Positions 7,874-12,249 of a stretch of 12,249 bases of DNA are shown here, one piece after another. A program made the position numbers and the translations under genes. Source of the DNA: a virus (taxonomy: Duplodnaviria > Heunggongvirae > Uroviricota > Caudoviricetes); the IMG/VR virus record IMGVR_UViG_2737471839_000006, positions 1 through 12,249 of that record; one strand, written 5' to 3'. The notes beneath the pieces were generated by a model. That model was not told the DNA's origin. It worked only from the letters and a program-made list of their open reading frames with translations, and searched no databases. Position 1 is the stretch's first letter. Every line of letters begins with the position of its first letter.

Positions 7874-7984
7874 AGTCTCGATATTAGCTGATAACCCAAT
7901 ACCTGAGTTATTCACTGACTCCGAGTCTGTTACGTTTCGTAGTATTCCCTCAATTTACACCCGCTTTGTCTGCGAGGTGGGGTT

Positions 7985-8200
7985 ATGAAATCCATGGATA
8001 AGTTAACAACGGGTGTCGCCTATGGCACCTCAGCAGGTAGTGCCGGGTACTGGTTTTTACAGCTGCTAGATAAAGTCACGCCCTCACAGTGGGCGGCAAT
8101 TGGAGTGCTGGGTAGCCTGGTATTTGGCCTGCTGACGTACCTGACAAACCTTTATTTCAAGATTAAAGAAGACAAGCGTAAGGCTGCACGGGGAGAGTAA
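7985..8200 (+). CDS. essD: Class II pinholin, phage 21 S21-like (71 aa) with dual-start motif MKSM
   Basis: ORF track. [71 protein letters not shown] is near-identical to S21 as I recall it; two TM segments; Met1/Met4 dual start. Confidence 0.9.
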
Positions 8201-8204
8201 TTCA

Positions 8205-8549
8205 ATGACTCAAAACTATGAACTGATTGTGAAAGGGATCCGCAATTTTGAGAATAAAGTTACGGTAACTTTAGCGTTACGGGACAAAAAACGCTTTGAC
8301 GGTGAAATTTTTGACCTGGACATCTCGCTGGACCGTGTTGAAGGTGCCGCGCTGGAGTTTTATGAGGCAGCAGCCAGAAGGAGCATCAGACAGGTCTTCC
8401 TGGATGTTGCTGCCGGGTTATGTGAAGGGGATGAGCTGTCGCCGGAAAAGCGCCCCATAATTTTAGAGGCGCAGAATGTGTGGATAACCTACAAAGGAAA
8501 GCTACCGGGAAGAATTACTGGTTCTCTGAAGACTCCGCCGAAATGGTAA
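8205..8549 (+). CDS. Hypothetical protein (114 aa) inserted between holin and endolysin; no family recognised
   Basis: ORF track. ATG at 8205 lies 5 nt after the holin stop, with GGAGAG 7 nt upstream, so it is positioned for co-expression with late genes. No motif I can assign. Confidence 0.6.
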   Translation: MTQNYELIVKGIRNFENKVTVTLALRDKKRFDGEIFDLDISLDRVEGAALEFYEAAARRSIRQVFLDVAAGLCEGDELSPEKRPIILEAQNVWITYKGKLPGRITGSLKTPPKW

Positions 8550-8787
8550 TTTCACCAGCATATTTTTCTTCCAGTAATACCGCCAGCCACTTGAAAGAAT
8601 TTTGTTGTTGCTGGGACCATTTGGGGTTGAGTGATTCAAGCTGGAGCGATGCCAGTGTTGGTTGCATTTGTTCCTTGGGAATTGAGAATGCCAGATATGA
8701 AAATGCGACAGTAAGGGCATTTACATCATCCCGAAGCCTGGAAATGCAGTCGAGCAACTCCTGTAGAGAAATGGTGCTATTGTCCAT
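8515..8787 (-). CDS. Hypothetical protein (~90 aa), convergent with and overlapping the 3' end of the 8205..8549 gene
   Basis: Track ORF 8515..8793 starts at a TTG; the in-frame ATG at 8787 is preceded by GAGAGGA at 6-nt spacing on the minus strand. Ordinary Leu/Gln-rich composition; no recognisable family. Confidence 0.5.
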   Translation of the reverse strand: MDNSTISLQELLDCISRLRDDVNALTVAFSYLAFSIPKEQMQPTLASLQLESLNPKWSQQQQNSFKWLAVLLEEKYAGEITISAESSENQ

Positions 8788-8892
8788 AAACAATCCTCTC
8801 TATTGTATTTAACTATTCCTTGCCTGATTCAACAGGCCGGGACAGATAAACATATCCAGGGTTCAGAAACCGATAAATCCTGATAAATATCC

Positions 8893-9426
8893 ATGAACGC
8901 AAAAATCAGATACGGCCTGTCGGCTGCCGTTCTGGCACTGATTGCCGTCGGTGCGCCTGCGCCTGATATTCTCGACCAGTTTCTGGATGAAAAAGAAGGT
9001 AACCACACAACGGCATACCGCGATGGTTCCGGCATCTGGACCATCTGTCGGGGTGCCACGGTGGTGGATGGAAAACCCGTTTTTCCCGGTATGAAACTGT
9101 CGAAGGAAAAATGCGACCAGGTTAACGCCATTGAACGGGATAAGGCGCTGGCATGGGTGGAGCGCAATATTAAAGTGCCACTGACCGAACCACAGAAAGC
9201 GGGTATCGCGTCATTTTGTCCCTATAACATTGGCCCCGGTAAGTGTTTCCCGTCGACGTTTTATAAGCGGCTGAATGCCGGTGATCGTAAAGGTGCATGC
9301 GAGGCGATTCGCTGGTGGATAAAAGATGGTGGGCGCGATTGCCGCATACGTTCAAATAACTGCTATGGACAGGTTATTCGTCGTGACCAGGAAAGCGCAT
9401 TAGCCTGTTGGGGGATAGATCAGTGA
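8893..9426 (+). CDS. SAR endolysin (T4-lysozyme-like muramidase, 177 aa)
   Basis: ORF track. N-terminal weakly hydrophobic Gly/Ala-rich segment ([17 protein letters not shown]), typical of a signal-anchor-release domain. The following E-x8-D-x5-T triad ([16 protein letters not shown]) has T4-lysozyme spacing. Confidence 0.9.
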   Translation: MNAKIRYGLSAAVLALIAVGAPAPDILDQFLDEKEGNHTTAYRDGSGIWTICRGATVVDGKPVFPGMKLSKEKCDQVNAIERDKALAWVERNIKVPLTEPQKAGIASFCPYNIGPGKCFPSTFYKRLNAGDRKGACEAIRWWIKDGGRDCRIRSNNCYGQVIRRDQESALACWGIDQ

Positions 9427-9881
9427 GCAGAGTCGCCGCGATTATTTATGCTCTGGTTATCTGCATCATCGTCTGCCTGTCATGGGCTGTTAATCATTAC
9501 CGTGATAACGCAATCGCCTACAAAGAGCAGCGCGATAACAAGGCCAGTGAACTGGAGAAGGCGAACGCCACCATCGCTGACATGCGGAAGCGTCAACGTG
9601 ATGTAGCAGAACTCGACGCAAGATACACAAAGGAGCTTGCTGATGCTAACGCGACTATCGAAAGTCTCCGTGCTGATGTTTCTGCTGGGCGTAAGCGCCT
9701 GCAAGTCGCCGCCACCTGTGCAAAGTCAACGACCGGAGCCAGCGGCATGGGCGATGGAGAAAGCCCAGGACTTACAGCAGATGCTGAACTCAATTATTAC
9801 CGTCTCCGAAGTGGAATCGACAAGATAACCGCGCAGGTTAACTACCTGCAGGAATACATCAGGACGCAATGCCTGAAATAA
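9423..9881 (+). CDS. Rz: i-spanin Rz (GTG start overlapping the endolysin stop)
   Basis: Track ORF 9408..9881; GTG at 9423 (within CAGTGAGC) gives (M)[33 protein letters not shown]..., closely resembling lambda Rz: N-terminal TM anchor, coiled-coil periplasmic domain. Confidence 0.85.
   Translation: MSRVAAIIYALVICIIVCLSWAVNHYRDNAIAYKEQRDNKASELEKANATIADMRKRQRDVAELDARYTKELADANATIESLRADVSAGRKRLQVAATCAKSTTGASGMGDGESPGLTADAELNYYRLRSGIDKITAQVNYLQEYIRTQCLK
9637..9828 (+). CDS. Rz1: o-spanin Rz1 lipoprotein, embedded in the +1 frame of Rz
   Basis: Track ORF 9637..9828. Lipobox-like VSAC followed by a proline-rich stretch ([13 protein letters not shown]), entirely inside Rz in another frame as in lambda. 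Confidence 0.75.
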   Translation: MLMLTRLSKVSVLMFLLGVSACKSPPPVQSQRPEPAAWAMEKAQDLQQMLNSIITVSEVESTR

Positions 9882-9912
9882 TTTTTTTGCAAATCACAAA
9901 GTCCATTTAATG

Positions 9913-9936
9913 AGCCTCGCGATGCGGGGCTTTTTG
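9913..9936 (+). terminator. Intrinsic terminator after the lysis cassette (AGCCTCGC-gat-GCGGGGCT with one G-U pair, then TTTTT)
   Basis: Read directly, about 30 nt downstream of the Rz stop. Confidence 0.5.
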
Positions 9937-9942
9937 CAATAA

Positions 9943-9967
9943 ATGCGTACCGCAACGCATGTTTTTT
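9943..9967 (+). terminator. Second tandem intrinsic terminator (ATGCGT-accgca-ACGCAT then GTTTTTT)
   Basis: Read directly, immediately after the first. Confidence 0.45.
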
Positions 9968-10082
9968 ACACCGAACCTGCCCCTTTGGAATGGGCCTTTG
10001 AGGATACCAGTTAGTGCTGGCGAGCCTCGGTGGGCTGGTTTCCTGTGCGGCAAAGGTTCATTTCAAAGAGTAGGTACACGCT

Positions 10083-10580
10083 ATGAAATCATTAACCCTC
10101 TTCAATCAACCAATTCGTATCGGTGAAGATGGCATGATCTGCCTCACTGACATGTGGAAAGCTAGTGGTAAAAGTGAATCTGAATCGCCGTACCACTATC
10201 TGCGAAACAAGCAGACCAAAGAGTTCTTAGCCGAGCTGGAGAAAAACCACGAATCTGTGGTTTTTACTGAGCGCGGTGTACACGGTGGAACATATGGCGG
10301 GAAGTTTGTTGCTTACGATTATGCGGCTTGGTTAAACCCCGGGTTCAAGTACGCGGCCTATAAAGTCCTCGATGACTACTTCACCGGAGAACTTCAGCAT
10401 CGCAACAGCTTAAGTGCGCAGCTCAACATGAAATGTCATGAGTTTGACCAGAAGAAAGACATGGCGAGCTTCTGCGGACAAGGGCTGGCAGCATGGCGCT
10501 ATACGAAGCCAGTGTTGGTCGCTGAGATTAACTCCCTGGCTAACCAGCTGCAGATTACGATCCCCGGGCTTCCGGGATGA
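10083..10580 (+). CDS. KilA-N domain protein (165 aa)
   Basis: ORF track. The N-terminal region (..FTERGVHGGTYGGKFVAYDYAAWLNPGFKYAAYKVLDDYF) has the aromatic/AxWLxPxF pattern I associate with KilA-N DNA-binding domains. Confidence 0.75.
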   Translation: MKSLTLFNQPIRIGEDGMICLTDMWKASGKSESESPYHYLRNKQTKEFLAELEKNHESVVFTERGVHGGTYGGKFVAYDYAAWLNPGFKYAAYKVLDDYFTGELQHRNSLSAQLNMKCHEFDQKKDMASFCGQGLAAWRYTKPVLVAEINSLANQLQITIPGLPG

Positions 10581-10852
10581 GTGATCGTGTCATTGAATGC
10601 GCCTCCAGAGCGGGGCGCGACTTCTCAGAGTTCATGAAAGGCGAGAAGGGCATGATGGAAGCATTGGCCTCGGTGGATGAGTTTGGCGAGCAGCTGCGCC
10701 TCAACGGCTGTGTCAATCATCACTTTGTTAGCTACATGATGCGGAACTCGATCATGCAGGCATTCATGGACATGGCAAAAGCCGAGAGGAAAGAAGAGCG
10801 CCGGCATAAGCGAGCGGAAGCAAAAGCAAAAGCAAAAGCAAAAGTGAAGTAG
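10577..10852 (+). CDS. Hypothetical protein (91 aa) with basic C-terminal (AK)n tail; start overlaps the KilA-N stop
   Basis: ORF track; ATGA overlap at 10577..10580 suggests translational coupling. Confidence 0.6.
   Translation: MSDRVIECASRAGRDFSEFMKGEKGMMEALASVDEFGEQLRLNGCVNHHFVSYMMRNSIMQAFMDMAKAERKEERRHKRAEAKAKAKAKVK
10820..10843 (+). repeat. (GCAAAA)x4 perfect tandem hexanucleotide repeat encoding AKAKAKAK
   Basis: Read directly, within the 3' end of the 10577..10852 ORF. Confidence 0.8.
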
Positions 10853-11334
10853 CCATTACAAAGCCCATTTACGGGTGGGCTTGATAATGAAACCGGAATT
10901 TATTCTGGGCCACCAGTTAACGGCAGTACCACGAAACAACCCAAGCCAGTAAGTGGGGAAATAACACTGGCAGCCACTGAAAGATGAAGCTCCTGCCTTA
11001 AGGCAAAAAAGATTCTTTGTGGTGGCGGACTGATGGAAAGACATCGGTTATTGCAGAGGCCATTCAATGAGTGGTCTCGACAATGGCTTATACCCTACAC
11101 GGGATAACTTAACTGATATCCCTTTTAACGGATAAAGGTATTCAAGCCTGACACATCATGCGCTGTATCGTCGCCGTATTCCCGCATTAACCATGACCGT
11201 AGCCCGACGGGGAATTCCTTCTGCGTGAGTGTGCGGGAATAATCAAAAACGATGCACACCGGGGTTACCGGGTACACATATTTCATCATGCCAGCGAGTC
11301 CGGTTCTGGCGCGGAAGAAACCGGACGTTATGAT

Positions 11335-11760
11335 TTAGTGCGGAAATATTTGTGTAGTGTTCTGAATGTTCTCAGTAAATAGTAATGAATTATCAAAGGT
11401 ATAGTAATACCTTTTGTTTTCGTGGATATTTGTAATCCATCTGAAAACCCCTGCTGTAGCAAGATTTTTCCTGTATTCGTAAAATGATAACTCTCCTGAT
11501 TTGAATCCTTTTAAGGTGGCTTCTATAAGGCATTTATTTTTTGAAAATCTTACATTTACAACCTTACCCTGTCCTTTTATTAAAACCGTATTATCGTTTT
11601 CAAGAACAAGATGAATATTCTCTGTGGCTAAATAGTAAATGTAATGTGAGACATTGTGACGTTTTAGTTCAGAATAAAACCAGTGATAGTTTAAATTATT
11701 TCGCACTTTATCGAATATTTGTTTAAAAATGGCAACCTGAGCCATTGTAGTACCTTCCAT
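11335..11760 (-). CDS. ybcV: YbcV-like protein (DUF1398 family); ATG at 11745 would give 136 aa
   Basis: ORF track; AT-rich. [43 protein letters not shown]... recalled as the DLP12 YbcV family. A GTCCGGTT..AACCGGAC hairpin lies just downstream (~11293..11321). Confidence 0.75.
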   Translation of the reverse strand: MEGTTMAQVAIFKQIFDKVRNNLNYHWFYSELKRHNVSHYIYYLATENIHLVLENDNTVLIKGQGKVVNVRFSKNKCLIEATLKGFKSGELSFYEYRKNLATAGVFRWITNIHENKRYYYTFDNSLLFTENIQNTTQIFPH

Positions 11761-11802
11761 GTGATATGATGGGGCGTAGTCTGCACGATTATCTAAATTG
11801 CT

Positions 11803-12036
11803 TCAATCTGGTCTGACCTGTTTTCTGAGCAATTCAGTAATGTCACTCTTTTCTTTGTTTGCTTCAGGCGAAACTCTTTTTTCTGAGCACAGTCTCCGGC
11901 GGCAGGCTTCAATGACCCAGGCTGAGAAATTCCCAGACCCTTTTTGCTCAAGAGCGATGTTAATTTGTTCAATCATTTGGTTAGGAAAGCGGATGTTGCG
12001 GGTTGTTGTTCTGCGGGTTCTGTTCTTCGTTGACAT
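11803..12036 (-). CDS. Small basic protein, YlcI/DUF3950-like (77 aa as called; start uncertain)
   Basis: ORF track. MSTKNRTRRTTTRNIRFPNQMIEQINIALEQKGSGNFSAWVIEACRRRL... has an Arg-rich N-terminus and a ribbon-helix-helix-like core, and sits immediately upstream of cos as in DLP12/lambda. Confidence 0.6.
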   Translation of the reverse strand: MSTKNRTRRTTTRNIRFPNQMIEQINIALEQKGSGNFSAWVIEACRRRLCSEKRVSPEANKEKSDITELLRKQVRPD

Positions 12037-12149
12037 GAGGTTGTCCCGTATTCAGTGTCGCTGATTTGTATTGTCTGAAGTTGTTTTTACGTTAAGTTGA
12101 TGCAGATCAATTAATACGATACCTGCGTCATAATTGATTATTTGACGTG

Positions 12150-12249
12150 GTTTGATGGCCTCCACGCACGTTGTGATATGTAGATGATAATCATTATCAC
12201 TTTACGGGTCCTTTCCGGTTATCCGACAGGTTACGGGGCGGCGACCTCG
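12150..12249 (+). other. Lambda-type cos site: cosQ-like region and cosN, with the 12-nt cohesive-end sequence GGGCGGCGACCT at 12236..12247
   Basis: 12065..12235 matches the lambda right-end sequence as I recall it (...GACGTGGTTTGATGGCCTCCACGCACGTTGTGATATGTAGATGATAATCATTATCACTTTACGGGTCCTTTCCGG[T/G]ATCCGACAGGTTACG), followed by GGGCGGCGACCTCG. Confidence 0.8.

Noticed and set aside
8480-8812. Plus-strand ORF 8480..8812 (110 aa) as an alternative to the minus-strand gene in the holin-endolysin insert; also 8502..8720 (minus).
   Set aside because: Cys/Ser-rich, atypical composition and no ribosome-binding site, whereas the minus-strand frame 8515..8787 has GAGAGGA before its ATG. Still uncertain; expression data would decide.
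8829-9793. Minus-strand and alternative-frame ORFs over the endolysin and Rz (8829..9167, 9170..9355, 9480..9704, 9593..9793).
   Set aside because: Antisense to well-supported lysis genes. Only the +1-frame Rz1 (9637..9828) is kept, because embedded Rz1 is an established arrangement with a lipobox and Pro-rich signature.
10856-11044. Minus-strand ORF 10856..11044 (62 aa) and the hairpin AAGCCCA..TGGGCTT at 10861..10882.
   Set aside because: The ORF has no ribosome-binding site and an implausible composition. The hairpin lacks a T-tract on either strand, so I do not call it a terminator.
11541-12064. Plus-strand ORFs 11541..11726 and 11798..12064, opposite the ybcV-like and ylcI-like genes.
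   Set aside because: Antisense to genes matching known DLP12 families; no start-site support.
12221-12249. The GC-rich terminal sequence GGTTACGGGGCGGCGACCTCG looked like a possible tRNA 3' end or attachment site.
   Set aside because: It matches the lambda cosN cohesive end and its upstream flank; there is no cloverleaf-compatible sequence upstream.
1-12249. CRISPR arrays, rRNA or tRNA genes.
   Set aside because: No regularly spaced direct repeats and no sequence with tRNA- or rRNA-like features were seen; the only tandem repeat is the short (GCAAAA)x4 inside a coding region.

Overview
This window is the right arm of a lambdoid (DLP12-like) E. coli prophage, running from the nin region to the cos site, with an IS1 end at the far left. 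Recognisable genes in order are: ylcH-like, ybcN (NinB family), ninE, ybcO, rusA, ylcG, Q antiterminator (quuD-like), an intact nmpC porin on the opposite strand, an S21-type pinholin, a SAR endolysin, Rz with embedded Rz1, a KilA-N protein, a small coupled ORF, ybcV-like and ylcI-like genes, then lambda-type cosQ/cosN. Two accessory insertions stand out. (1) A ~4 kb strongly AT-rich island (110..~4100) between the IS1 end and the nin genes carries two large minus-strand genes: a SAMHD1-like HD-domain dNTP triphosphohydrolase, and a membrane-anchored coiled-coil protein ending in a T5orf172/GIY-YIG-like domain. Their upstream regions share the 10-mer TTCAATGTGT, which forms a perfect inverted repeat in front of the HD gene. 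I regard this as the best candidate for an undescribed anti-phage module. (2) A ~690 bp insertion splits the normally contiguous pinholin-endolysin pair and carries two convergent, 3'-overlapping ORFs of unknown function. All identifications come from reading the sequence and recalled family knowledge; no searches were run, and coordinates may be off by a base or two where I re-derived start codons by hand.
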